DNA from: Vicugna vicugna | Lineage: Eukaryota | Direction of reading: 5' to 3' | DNA: 64,000 bases | Assembly (NCBI GenBank): GCA_013265495.1 | Contig: MU058636.1 | Coordinates: forward strand, 10,019,066-10,083,065 | In this document: positions 26,237-38,300 of the stretch, one piece after another | How the letters are laid out: every line of letters starts with the position of its first letter | Position numbering within the stretch: the first letter of the stretch is position 1 | Notes under the pieces: generated by a model | What the model was told of the DNA's origin: nothing | What the model saw: only the letters and a program-made list of their open reading frames with translations | The model's database searches: none | Program-made: the position numbers and the translations under genes

Positions 26237-26261
26237 ACACACACACACACACACACACACA

Positions 26262-26355
<94 letters not shown>

Positions 26356-26416
26356 ATCTCTCTCTCTCTCTCTCACACACACACTCACACACACTCACAT
26401 ACACAGATACACACAC
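26237..26416. repeat. Compound (AC)n/(TC)n microsatellite
   Basis: Alternating AC and TC blocks repeated three times. Confidence 0.95.
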
Positions 26417-26819
26417 TTCTCCCTCTTCCAAAAAACACAGCCCAGATTTTGGAGATTTGCTCCCCGGGGCTCTGATGTCTATTGCCCCAGGGTTTGTGAC
26501 TTTCTTTCCCAATCTAAATGCTTTAATACGTTACAAAATGTTGGATACTTAAAGGAACAGTAGGTTGGACCAATCTGTTTTCAAGTCTTACATGAAAAGA
26601 AGACACTGGATTCTTTTTTTCCTCTGAGGAATGCCAAGAATTTCATGGATTTTTCCCATAATTCTCTGAAGATGTCCGCATGAACCAGGTGGAGGCAGTG
26701 ATTCCAAGACGGGCACTATTTGAATCACTGTTTCACCTGACTGGGAACACTTCAGGCTTCAGACCTTGAGTTCTTGAGATACTGTTTGGTCTTCTGATTC
26801 TTACTTCCTATATCCATTT

Positions 26820-27289
26820 GTGCACATCATGTGTTAGATGCTATTCCAGGTGCTGGGAATATGGTGGACACTCTGGGCTGAAGATACAGATTTGAGAGTC
26901 AAAGCCTTTGGAGTTACAGTAATTGCCCAGGAGAAGTCTGCAGATGGAGAAGAGAAGGTGGCGCCAGCACATAACCTCCCAGCGCTCCAAAGTGTGGAAG
27001 TCCAAGAGAGGAAGGACTTATGATGGAGGAAGTTTTACAGTAGGAAGAGACCAGCAGAGTGTGTGGCCTCATAGAAGCCAAAAGAAGAAGATGTTTCAAG
27101 GAAAGAGAGAATGGTTAGTGGGGCCAAGTGCTGCTCAGTGGCCAAGTTAAGAACAGACAGATGATCATCGGTCTCGACAACACGAAGAGGATCTTGACAC
27201 AAGCAACGAGGAAGGGCAGACGCCCAGTCATACGGACTGAAGGAGAGAATATGAGAAAGGGACTGGAAACTGAGACTCAAATACTTTTT
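26820..27289 (-). mobile_element. L2 fragment (left flank of Tigger1 insertion)
   Basis: ctgggctgaagatacagatttgagagtca...agaagccaaaagaagaagatgtttcaaggaaagagagaatggt resembles antisense L2. Confidence 0.75.
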
Positions 27290-27291
27290 TA

Positions 27292-28241
27292 CAGGCAGAC
27301 CTCGGAGATATCTCGAGTTTAGCTCCAGACCACCCTAATAAGGTGAATATTGTGATAAAGTGAGTCATATGAATTTTTTTGTTTTCCACTGCATATAAAG
27401 TTATATTTACACTACACTTTCTATAGCCTATTAAGTGTGCAATAGCATGATGTCTAAAAACAATGTACACACCTTAATTAAAAAATACTTTGTTGCTAAA
27501 AATTCCTAATCATCATCTGACCCTTCAGCAAGTTGTAATCTTTCTACAGGTCTTGCCTTGATGTTGGCGGCTGCTGACTGATCAGGGTGGTGGTTGCTGA
27601 AGGCCGGGGCGGCCGGGGTGGCCGGGGCAATTTCTTAAAATAAGAAAACAGTGAAGTTTGCCACACGGATTGACTCTTCCTATCATGAACGATTTCTCTA
27701 CAGCGTGTGGTGCTGCTTGATGGCACTTTACCCACAGTAGAACATCTTTCAAAATTGTAGTCAGTCCTCTCAAATTCTGCCACTGCTTTATCCGCTACGT
27801 TTATGCGATGTTCTAAGTCCTTTGTTGTCATTTCAATAATCTTCACAGCATCTTCACCAGGAGTAGATTCCATCTCAAGAAACCCCTTTCTTTGCTCATC
27901 CTTAAGAAGCCGCTCCTCATCCGTGAAAGTCTTATCAGGAGATTGCAGCCATTCAGCCCCATCTTCAGGCTCCGATTCTAATTCTGTTCTCTTGCTATTT
28001 CCACCACGTCTGCAGTTACAATAGTGACATTAGAGATCACTGATCACAGATCATGATATGGTAAGAATGAAAGAATTTGAAATACTGTAAGAATTACCAC
28101 AATGTGACACAGAGACACAAAGGGAGCAAGCGCTGTTGGAAAAACGACACTGACAGACTTGCTGGACATAGGGTTTGACATAAACCTTCAATTTGTGAAA
28201 AGCCCGCTACCTGCGAAATGGAATAAAATGAGGTACACCTG
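27292..28241 (-). mobile_element. Internally deleted Tigger1 DNA transposon (950 bp) retaining the transposase C-terminus
   Basis: TIRs CAGGCAGACCTC and GAGGTACACCTG flanked by TA at 27290-91 and 28242-43. ORF 27544-27873 (MESTPGEDAVKIIEMTTKDLE...SATTTLISQQP) resembles the Tigger1/TIGD1-type transposase C-terminus. Confidence 0.95.
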
Positions 28242-28525
28242 TAGCTGCTGGGAAGCGCGTCAGAGAAACGGCGTAGGAGCTGGAGTTGGATGCGGGGGTG
28301 GGGGGGCCAGGAAGGGGCTTTTTACAGGGGTATACTAGTCGTAAGGGTAATAACTCAGTGGAGAGAGAGAGAGACTGTGAAGCAGCAAATAAACTGATGA
28401 CTGAGAGAAGGAAGGCCAGGACACAGTGAGAGGAAAGCGGTCCAAAGCACGGCAAGAAAGGGCAAGCTTAGGTGAAAGTAGAAATTTCACCACAGAAATG
28501 GAGGGCAGGGCAGTAAGCAGGAGTA

Positions 28526-28842
28526 CAGCCAGCCTTGCACATCTTCAGGTTCCATATCTGTGGATTCAACCACCTGCAGATCAAAAAGATTAAAAAAAAA
28601 TTCCAGAAATTTCCAAAAAGCAAAACTTGAATTTGCTGCATGTCGGCAACCATTTACATAGTGCTTACATTGCATTAGGTATTATAAGTAATCTAGAGAT
28701 GATTCAAAGTGTATGGGAGGGTGTGCGTAGGTTAAGTGCAAATACAATGTCATTTTTACAAGGGATTTGTGCATCTGAGGATTTGGTATCTGGGGGAGAG
28801 GGGTCCTGGAACCAATCCCCCAAGGATACTGAGGGACAACTG
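28526..28842 (-). mobile_element. MER2B-like Tc1/mariner (Tigger) MITE
   Basis: TA-flanked (28524-25, 28843-44); ggtcctggaaccaatccccc..ggatactgagggacaactg end; ttccaaaaagcaaaacttgaatttgc; taggtattataagtaatctagagatgatt. Confidence 0.9.
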
Positions 28843-29649
28843 TATGAAAGCAGGTATGCTGGTGGACTGGGCGAGGGTCTCCTGTCTCACTAATGCTATG
28901 TTCTCAAGGAAGGATGAAGCTGGGTCATAATTTGCCCTTTAAACATCTCCAGTGTATGAGGTAGTAGAGAGTCTGCTGTCTGGTCAGCTAAGGCAATGCT
29001 AAGCATACTGGCCTGAGTATCTGGTGTAGACACTGATTATTTATCAAGAAAATCACTTATCCTGCTGGTGAATGTGTTTCTAAACCTTCAAATAAGAATG
29101 AAAACTACTGAATTGATCAAACACTGGAGAATTAATTCGCCCTGAGATTTCTGCTTCTGGATGTACGGCTAACTAAAGGTTCAGAGATATCTGGAACACT
29201 GAATGAATTTGAAAATATGTTTTGAAATGTCTGGTAGAGCTGGAAGAAAGGGGAATTCTCAGAGGCTAGAGACAGTGAGAAAGCTTGACTCCATCCAGGG
29301 AGGTGGGCTGCTGCTGGAGGCGGGCTGTCCTGTGTTGCCCACGCCCACAGGGGACCCAGCACCTGGGTTTTAACAGGTTCCATGCCTCCAGGCCAGGAGA
29401 CACTCTTGGGCTGGAGCAGGATGAGAAGTCAGAGTGAACACTGGCAGAAAAAAAGAAAGAAATCCAGCACCTCAGAAGGGAAACATTCTCAGTGAGTGAA
29501 CCCCCCAAAAAAAAGAAAAAGAAAAAAAAAGAAACTCTAAAAGACAGGGAAATAGATATGTCTGTCTCGTCCTTGGCTCTTGATGGAAGAAAAAAAAAGA
29601 AGGGGAAAAATTCTCCTCTGAGAGTATCTAACTATAGGCCCACACTTAA

Positions 29650-30600
29650 AATGATTTGGGGCTGGAATTCATTCTAAAAACTTAAGCCACAGATGTAGTT
29701 AAAGAGGAAGAGACTTCAACGCAGGTCTCAAAGAATTCCTGCAGTGATGTTCCAAGAAACAAGTATTTACAGAGAGAAAAAGAGAGACCAAAACATGACA
29801 TAATGAGACAGATTTTGATTTTTAAAAAGTTCACTTAGAAATTTCAAAAACCAAAAGCTAAAATAACTAGTCAGAACTGAAGAGAAAATTAATGAAGTTA
29901 AAGATCAAGCTGAAAATTTTGTCGAAAACACAGTATAAAGTGGCAAAAAGATAAAACATATGAAAGAGAGGTTAAGGAGCAAGGAGGTCAAGTGCAAAGT
30001 TCTAACAGAAATCTAAAGGGAACACACACAGGAGCAATGGAAGGGGTGGGGAAGGGAAGATATTAAAAGAGCTAATCGATGAGGCTGGTCCAGACGTGAT
30101 TAATGACAATGTCCCCCTGATTCCTGGAGCCCAGTGAACGCCAGCATTCCCCCAAAAAGCCCCATCCAGACACCTCAAAGCCAGCAAGACTGCAGAATTG
30201 CTGAAGACAAAGAAGAAGCGCCCAGAGAAAAAGACAGACAGCCTACAAAGAATTTTAGGCCAACAGCTGACTCACAAACAGCAATGACTGAGAGAATATC
30301 GTTGACAATCCAGCAAAACGATCTTTCAAATATAAGGGTGCAATTAACGTAATTTCAAATAAGAAAAAAACCCTGAGAGAGACATTATTACCAACCAACA
30401 CTCAGTAAGGAATTTCTCAAGGATGAATTTGAGAAAGAAGAAACTGATCTCAGAAGGAAAGAAAATGATTCTCAAGAGGAAATGAGGAGGAAAGAAAAAG
30501 AACAAACATGAGGGTAAATAAAGTACAAAATAATAAATACAGTGTCCAATCTGGGAAGTTCAAAAGCTAGAAATAAAGTATTACATAAAAATGGCATGAA
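29650..30600 (+). mobile_element. Very old L1M/HAL1-type ORF1 region remnant
   Basis: A-rich sense-strand sequence with ORF1-like segments (gaactgaagagaaaattaatgaagttaaagatc; agactgcagaattgctgaagacaaagaag; acagctgactcacaaacagcaatg). Confidence 0.6.
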
Positions 30601-31719
30601 CATACATGTTTCTAGATAAATACCTGGAGGGTTTTCCAAAACAAGGACCAATTCACCACTCCATGGAGCTGGTGACCTGTGGCCTTTCCAAAAACCCAGA
30701 CCTGAGTGTTAAACAGTAGGCTGAACACATACAATGGCTTAGAAATCAGTTTAATGAAAAAAACGGGACATTCTAAAAGAAAGCGGCATAACAGTTCAAT
30801 TGAAGACCATGGAAAATTTTATTTCAAGCTATTGGAGATTTCATATTATAACTGAAGAAAATAATTTTACTAGGAAAAAAATACGGAATTTGGTAAATTA
30901 TCTCACCCCTAGGATCATCAGTTTCCCCCTCTATAAATGTCAAATAATAGCCATTTTCAAAAGGATTTCTGGAATCTAATTGCTTCTACTTCGGATCAAT
31001 TTTTGATGTCTCGCTCAAAGCTTTAATGGTTGCATTTTCTGGGAACCAAATCTCCTAATGGTGGCATTTTGCTTCAGACCCAGAGCATTTAAGCAGCTCA
31101 ACAAAGTACGAAGGATCCAAAAACTCCCAGATTTTCACTTTTTCCATTTCCATCTCCATTTAATTTCTAAGAGCGATGAGATAACCGCAGTGACAGCAAT
31201 CTAAGTGGCTGTATATTTTGTCTAAAATGCCCTGAAATCATCCTGAGTTATTATGTAAATACCCAAATCTGCTCATTATGTTGTTATGGGGGGAGGCGCA
31301 ACAGTCCTCCTGCCGGTGTTATTTCTTAAGATGAGATCATTAGGAAAGGATTAGTGGTGTAATGTCTGAGGGGCTTAAACAATAATTTGAGTCTTTCAGA
31401 TGTGTTCAAGGTAATTTTAAATAAATTCCAGGGTTTTTTTTTCTGATGATAGCCCTTAGTTCGATCAGAGCTGCTTTTAAAGAAATACTAACTGGATGAG
31501 GTGATTTTTTAATGCAAAACTTGACACACTGCAGGCCCTCAGTAAATAGCCATCACCATTCTTGGTATAATTTCTGGGTAGAAATAAAATGGCGGCCGTG
31601 ATGGGCTGTTGGTCTTCAGAAGTCTTGGTTCCCTCCCCAATGGTGATTTGTAACTTTCCAGGGCCACAAAACTGAGGGACAGAGAGACCTCTATCCCCAT
31701 ATTTGATTTCTGGGCACTT

Positions 31720-32850
31720 TCAATTGATTGTGCTCATAGAGGGCACTCAGTATATGATGAGCACTGACAATGAAAAGATGTCTAAAATGTGATCCTTCCG
31801 CTTAAGGAGTGCACGGTTGGCCACTGTGATTAGTAAGATTAGCGTTTGGACAAAGACTTAGTGGGCATCTGCTTATGCTCGGTACTCTGTCGGGCTCTGG
31901 GGACACAGAGATGAACACGCTACGTGCCTTCCATATCTCACTATCTAGTGGACAATACAGAGAAACTAAAAACCAATAAATGACAAAGCATTCCAGCCTA
32001 GAAGAGCCATGGACGCAGTGCTGGAGAGTACAAGTCAGAACAGCTCATTCCAGCTGGAGGAGTAGTGAACAATTTTTTAAAGGAGTTGGCATTTGAAACT
32101 GACCTTGAAAAGATGAATGAGAACTAAGAAGAAAGGAAAGAACATCCCGGACAGAGGGGATGAAGTGGCAAAGACCCAGGTGGTGAAAGGGTGGCTCAGA
32201 TCTGAGGAATGGGGTTCTGTGTGGCTTGACTATTGGGTATGAGGTGAAAACTGGAAAAAGCTGAGACTGAAGTACTAAACTGGCATCAGTCTGGGACAAA
32301 TCCTGCAACCTTTACAAAGAATTTAAACCTTATCCTAGAACAGCAAGGGTCTACAGGGAGCTTGAAGCAGGAGAGAGCTATAACCAATTTTTTTTTTTCA
32401 GCGATTTCAGGAAGGCAGTGTTAAAGTTAGTACAGAAGTGAGAGGGACTAGAGATGAGGGAGGAAGAGCATTTAGAGGCCATCGCCATGGTCTGGACGAG
32501 ACTCAATGATGTGAAGCAAAGTCATAGCAGTGGGGGTGTTGCCAGATATATCAGGAGAAATTTGACAAGACAGGCAACTACTTGAATGTGGAAGGAGAGG
32601 GAAAAAGGGAAATCAAAGATAATGGAGGATTATCTAACTTGAGAAACCGAGTGAGCCATTTCATTACTAGCTGAGAGAGAAAATACAGGATATAGAGCAG
32701 GTTTGGGAGAAAAGATAATAAATTTTATTTAGCAGATTTTAAGTTTGATGTGCTGTGGTGGCATACAGATTGTATCCAGTAGGCAATTCAAAATAGGGGA
32801 GTGATGTTCTGAAAAGTAAAAATTTGAGAGAGTGATAGTTGAAACCATGG
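31720..32850 (-). mobile_element. L2 LINE 3' region (possibly two copies)
   Basis: gggcatctgcttatgctcggtactctgtcgggctctggggacacagagatgaac; ggcatttgaaactgaccttgaaa; gatttt aagtttgatgtgc..tccagtaggcaatt. Confidence 0.8.
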
Positions 32851-34239
32851 ATGTTTTCTGGAACATTCGCAATTAAAACAAAACGAAACAAAAACCGAAT
32901 GTAGGAAGCAGATCAAGGGGACCTGAGGATTTGCTCAGATCAACCAAAGCTCATTGTAAAACCAGCCGTATTCACGAGAACCCGTAATGCACTGCACTCT
33001 GCGTATAGATGCAGACAGGAAATGACAATAACTTCACAGAGGGTCCCACAGTTTCCCCATCTTTTATCTAAGTCAAAAATGCTCAGGGTACTTTACTGCT
33101 GCTAACTTTATTAAGCCATGACTAGGTACCAACTCACTGTCAGGACTCTTGAACTCTCCTTTGCATCCTCAGACTGGAAGCCTTTGCGGTCAGGAGGGGA
33201 TAACGCAAAAACACAGAAAACAAGTCGTGCATTAAGAAGCCACAGAACCACAGAGTCAACCCAGGACTGAAAGCCTGTGGCTTCTCTTTGTGAGAACTAC
33301 CCTTCCGTCCCCTGCATCCTCTCTTCAAGGTGTATACACACCTGTGTGCTGGAATACCTGCACGGCTTAAGAACGTGCTACGGAAAGCTGAATCTAGGCC
33401 CCTTTTGCTACCTTCCCCGCAACATGGTTTCCTTCCTTGTAACGTCCGTGATTTCTCGCGTGTCTTTCCCTCTGGGGACAAAAGCCGCCTGGACGATAAG
33501 GACATGCAAACAGCCAGTGACCTTGGATTGATCTCTTTGTTCCTGAATACGTTCCCTGCTTTACCCTGTCCCTCTATTTATAATGTCTCTGAAATATCTG
33601 AAATTCAAGGATAATGAGATAGAATCCAAGTTCATGCCCCAAACCATTCATATCTTCCTGGAAAAGACTAGAAACCCTGACACCCCCCACCCCAAACAAG
33701 AAGTCTCCTCTCTATCTGTTAAATGATGAAGGGAACCACAGAAAGGCAGAGAAACTTCAACTGACCATCAAAATTGTTAGCCAGGGGCTAACGCTGGGGT
33801 ACATCTCACGCTGGAGTACGAGGTACCCAATGACGTGAGCTGTGGCTCGGATAATCCATGAAACCGTAAGATAAAACCACTGCTTCTCTTTGGAGCTTCA
33901 GTTTTACTTGAAGATATGAAGGAGGATTTTGTCTTAATATTAAATAAGCACAAATATATTAAGGAGTAGACTGCCAAGTCTGCATGGATTTTTTTGTGAA
34001 GATAAAATATGAGACTTCAAAGGAATTTCAGACCTCTAGACAGACTGTGTCCAGCCCCCTACATCCGAGAGGCAAAAATTCCCTCTCCTCTGCCATGAGG
34101 GCGTTTGAGATGCTTGGAGAAACTTCTTGCGGGCTGAGAGAGTAAGAGGAGAGCAGAAAATCATAGGTCGGTCTGGCAAAATGAAGACGTCTAGAGGATA
34201 CAATAGGTACCATCTAGAATGAGAATTCCCAAACCCAGC

Positions 34240-34390
34240 ACGGATGATGATTAAGGGGTGAGAGGTGGACCTAGAACACAGACCAGGCAGAGCTGCCTCC
34301 CCGCTGTGCTGCGCAGCCCTGAGAAGGACAAGTCATTTCCCTGAGTCTCTGTTTCCTCATGGGAAGAATGAAAGAATTGTACTGAAAGGA
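34240..34390 (+). mobile_element. MIR SINE fragment
   Basis: ggacaagtcatttccctgagtctctgtttcctcatggg. Confidence 0.6.
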
Positions 34391-34399
34391 AGGTTACAA

Positions 34400-34645
34400 G
34401 CTCTTTAACACTTTTTAATACTTTCCAACATTTAAAACTTAGGAGATTTCAAACAACAACCTGGTTTGTCTTCTCTTAGACAAAAAGAACATCTCGCCAC
34501 TGAGCCTGTAACATTCCCACACGGCAACTATTTCTTGGAGTCGAGGGAGCCTTCTTTAGACAGGACACGAGTCCCCACCACGTCCTGGGGTCTTATCTGG
34601 GCCCAGTCACTCCCCCTCCCCACGTTGACCGGCCCTGCCTGACTC
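34400..34645. mobile_element. MER102-like hAT-Charlie fragment
   Basis: catctcgccactgagcctgtaacattcccacacggcaac..ggagtcgag..ctttagacaggacacgagtccccaccac resembles recalled MER102b. Confidence 0.6.
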
Positions 34646-34649
34646 CGTA

Positions 34650-34860
34650 CACCTGAACTGCCCAATCCAGTGGCCCCTAGCCACATGGGGCTACCTACAT
34701 TTAAGTTTAAACTAACCAAAATTAAATAGACTTAAAAGTCCAGTTTCTGGCCCATTTTGAGTGTTCAATAGCCACATGTGGCTTAGTGGCCATTGAACAG
34801 GACTTCGCAGATAGAGAACATTTCCATCATCACAGAAAACAGGGCTGCGTAACCGTCTGA
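34650..34860. mobile_element. MER3-like hAT-Charlie MITE
   Basis: tagccacatggggcta..tttaagtttaaactaaccaaaattaaata...ttcaatagccacatgtggcttagtggc...atagagaacatttccatcatcacagaaa. Confidence 0.8.
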
Positions 34861-35729
34861 CTACGCAGCCCCAGGCTGAATGACGTTTCGGATCCCTCAC
34901 AGCCATGATATCCCAGCTTCTTTATGCAGAAACCCCACCAGCAGGGATTGGAGCTGCCGCCCAGGTATCCCTTTTGAAGACTTGTTTCCTCCACAGGCTG
35001 TTGCCATAGATGGAGATGATGTCAAAAGGCACATTCTTGGACCAAGAGCACATGTGGCTTCCTCGGCAAGCAGGGAGGGACGGGTAGGTGTGTAGATTTG
35101 TTTTGGGGGGCTGGTTTGGAGGGGGCAGTGGAAGTCGGCAGATATGTGATTCCACGGTCCCTCCTGCCCCCCGGCCCCAGCAGCCCAGCCGCATCCTAGG
35201 GCCAGTGGTGGGTCCCAGTCTCTTCGTCAGGAAAGGGTCATTAAGACAGATATGCGAACGATCCCCATTGCAGAGGCGCTCCCCTGCAGAAGACATCAGG
35301 GCGAATCTGAAAGTGATTAGGCCGTGGACACAACGTAATTGAATGAGCAATGGAAAGTTTGCCCGCTGGCACCGAGGCCTTAAGGAGAGCAGGAGATGTG
35401 AGTCGCACTTAGCAGCGCTAATGTGTAATTACAAACGAGTCAGATGCCCCCGTCTTCTTCATTACAGCCAGCCCCTCTGGGAGTACGATTGGGCTACACT
35501 TAGTTAGCAGTTAATAAGCCACTGGATGTGCCAGGCAGCAGCAAAATTGCATTTTTTCTAACACTACCATTCACAGTGGCCCTCCCCCACCGATCAGCAA
35601 ACATGAGCTATCCCTGTTTGCATTTACATAGGTTCCAGACTACAAATGTGGGAAACACTACACCCACCACCTTGGAAGTGGGGATTTGGTGACTGGACAC
35701 TATTTCAGACCCTACCCAAGGAAAGGGGA

Positions 35730-35890
35730 GCAGCAGTGGCTCTCAATCCAGCCTGTTAAAAAAAAATACCTAATCTGGGCATCACCCCAGCCCAGTGAAG
35801 TCAGAATTCTGGGAGTGGGGCCCAGGAATTGGTGTGTTTTGAAAGTATCCCAGAGGATTCTAAGATGTAGCAGGATTGAGAATCATTGGC
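35730..35890. mobile_element. MER5B-like MITE
   Basis: cagtggctctcaa...gtcagaattctgggagtggggcccagga...ggattgagaatcattg. Confidence 0.7.
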
Positions 35891-37464
35891 TTTTGTAACC
35901 AGGGGGCCCACTGCTTGACCGCACTGCCCACATCCTGCTGCTCTCAGACCTACAGGGAGAACAGCACACTTCCCTGCCTTGGCCTCTCTGCAGACAGTCG
36001 GATGGTCACCACACTGACCTGTCCCGTGGTGGTCACAGGACGGCCAACCCACGCGGAGAGGATTAAGCATCAAAGACACCAGGTACTGAAAGTTTAGAAG
36101 TGTCCCCGCCTCTAGCCCCAGATCCAAGAGAAATCTACAGCAGTATTTCCAGATTCCCTGGGACCCTGAGCTTGGGAAAGAGAGTGGGAGGTTTAACTGT
36201 GGGAGCTGGGCTGTGCCCAGAGTACTCGAGCCAGCAAGAGACAGGAAGGAGGGATGGGAGGAATACAAGAAGTTTGGGGAGAGGAAAATAAAATAATTAG
36301 CCATGCAGCTGCTAAGCCATAAAACTGAGAGCGAAAGAGAGTGGAAGGGCAGTTAGCAAGGAGGGACGTGACAGGGACACGTCCAGCTGCCAGGGGCGGT
36401 GACAGCTGCATACTCTGTGTGTGGCACCCGGCTGAAGCTCGTGTCCTCACATGTCCAGAGAGAGACCTGGCCAGCACAGATGTCACGGGGAAATACGAGC
36501 GCCTGTGCTTGCGTTCATCCCGGGAGCGCACGGCTCTCCCAGAAACCTCCGTCAGTTTCCAGATTGTTTCTGCAAAACCCCGTAAATCAGCATAGGTCCT
36601 GCCGCCTGCCATCATCTCTGCATACCTAAGAAGCAGTGAAATACGGGCCATCTAGAGTTACGAGCTCCCTCGCACACGGGCCGGCTCAGGGGCCCTGGCT
36701 GTTGAGCTGTCCTCCCCTGACCCGGGCGCAGTCTCTCCCTAATGAATTTTCCCTCCTGATAGTGCAAGCAGATGGCCTGACAGGAGCCCGAACACATTCC
36801 CACATCTCACAGCGGGACCACTTCACACGCACAGGGAACTGTGGGGTTTGTTTTGGACCTTTTTTTTTTAAACACATTAATGTCTTGGGGACCCTCAATG
36901 CCTTACCAGCGACAGCCAGGCTTTTCCTGGGATCCAGATCTTGTCTGGAACTTTCTCCTTGGGACTTTTCGTGGTATTTGCAATATGCTGACTTTTCGGC
37001 CAGTCCGAAGGGACGTTGGAGAGCTTCACCTAAAGACCCAGCTTTGCAGGACAGTCCTCCTCACCCCAGGGCCTTGAGAGCTGCAAGATGGCTTGTGCTG
37101 GTCATGGCTCCTCAGTTAAGTCAGGAGCTGGATGGCTGTGGCCACCTTTATGCCTGTGGCCTCTTTAAAGTTAAAAGGACATTTTAACTCCTTTCTTGGG
37201 CAGAGGAAGGGAATTTAAAAAAGGATTGGGATAGTTACCACGTATTGGGGTGGTACCCTCAAAAGTGTTTATTAAAGGAGGATTCAAGGATATAGAATCT
37301 CCGGGCAGAAAGAAAAAGGTCAGGCTCAATGCAAAATGTGGTATGAATCCTGAAATGCAAATAACACCCTGGTAAGAGTGAACCATTTATAGGCCCCTCT
37401 CCTTATTGACAAGGCTCTCAGACTCACAAAAGGTGAGAAGGAACCTCAGAAATGATCTATTCCA

Positions 37465-37790
37465 ATAGCTCTCAAATCTGCAGCACACGAGATCCACCTG
37501 GGGCACTTTTCACAGCAAATTGCTGTCTCAGTCTCATCCCAGGGGCAGAACCTCAGGGGTGGGATCCTGGCATGGGGATTTCTTCTAAGTTCCCCAGCTT
37601 ATGCAATTCTGGACCAGGGGGACTCATGAGTGTCTCATGCCAGCTCTCTCCTCCAGGGCATCCCAAACTCGCCTGCGCCCAGGAATCAGCTGAGGGGAAT
37701 AGAAGGTCTGGGATAGGCCTGCAGTTCTGCAGTTCTCAAAGGCTCCCAGGAGAGGCTGGTCCTCAGACCACACACCAGACCCTTGCATCT
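37465..37790. mobile_element. Two adjacent degraded MER5-family MITEs
   Basis: ctctcaaatctgcagcacacgagatccacctgggg...; gaggctggtcctcagaccacac. Confidence 0.55.
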
Positions 37791-37854
37791 AGCCCTATAA
37801 ACAGATGAGTCATATGCTAATTAACCTCTGGTCTTTCTAATGTCAAAATTAGAG

Positions 37855-38090
37855 AGCCAATGTGGTAGAGGTTGGATGGCAGTGACCCTTTAATGTTTTA
37901 TCATGATTCTGGAAATTCACTGCTGTGTTATCTTGAGCAAGTCACTTAACATCTCTGATCTTTCATTTCCTTAAAACAGAGAGGAAACTAATCCCTACTT
38001 TACAAAGTTCGTTGGGCTGATCAGGTGAGACATGTGAAATTGTTCTACGGACTCTAAAGTGCTACAAAGTCTAAGAGTTTATTATTATAA
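37855..38090 (+). mobile_element. MIR SINE
   Basis: tgctgtgttatcttgagcaagtcacttaacatctctgatctttcatttcc. Confidence 0.8.
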
Positions 38091-38262
38091 GATTGGCTTT
38101 TGAAAGATACCAACATTAGCCCTGAAATGTTGATCATTTTTATGTGCCCATACATTTTTATAGAGCTTTATTTCTCCCAGGAGGATCATGTGAACACGGG
38201 CACAGGTGCAATAGGTGATTTTCGTTTCCTAGAGGTTTTAACTATGTGTTTACAAGTGTATA

Positions 38263-38300
38263 GTGTGTGTGTATTGTGTGTGTGTGTGTGTGTGTGTGTG
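38263..38300. repeat. (GT)n microsatellite
   Basis: Interrupted GT run. Confidence 0.9.

Noticed and set aside
26096..26563. His/Thr-rich ORFs
   Set aside because: Translation of the compound microsatellite.
27544..27873. TIGD1 gene call
   Set aside because: Lies within a TIR-bounded, internally deleted Tigger1 lacking the DNA-binding and catalytic domains.
36636..37187. 183-aa ORF
   Set aside because: No family resemblance; overlapping ORFs in several frames are expected by chance in GC-rich DNA.
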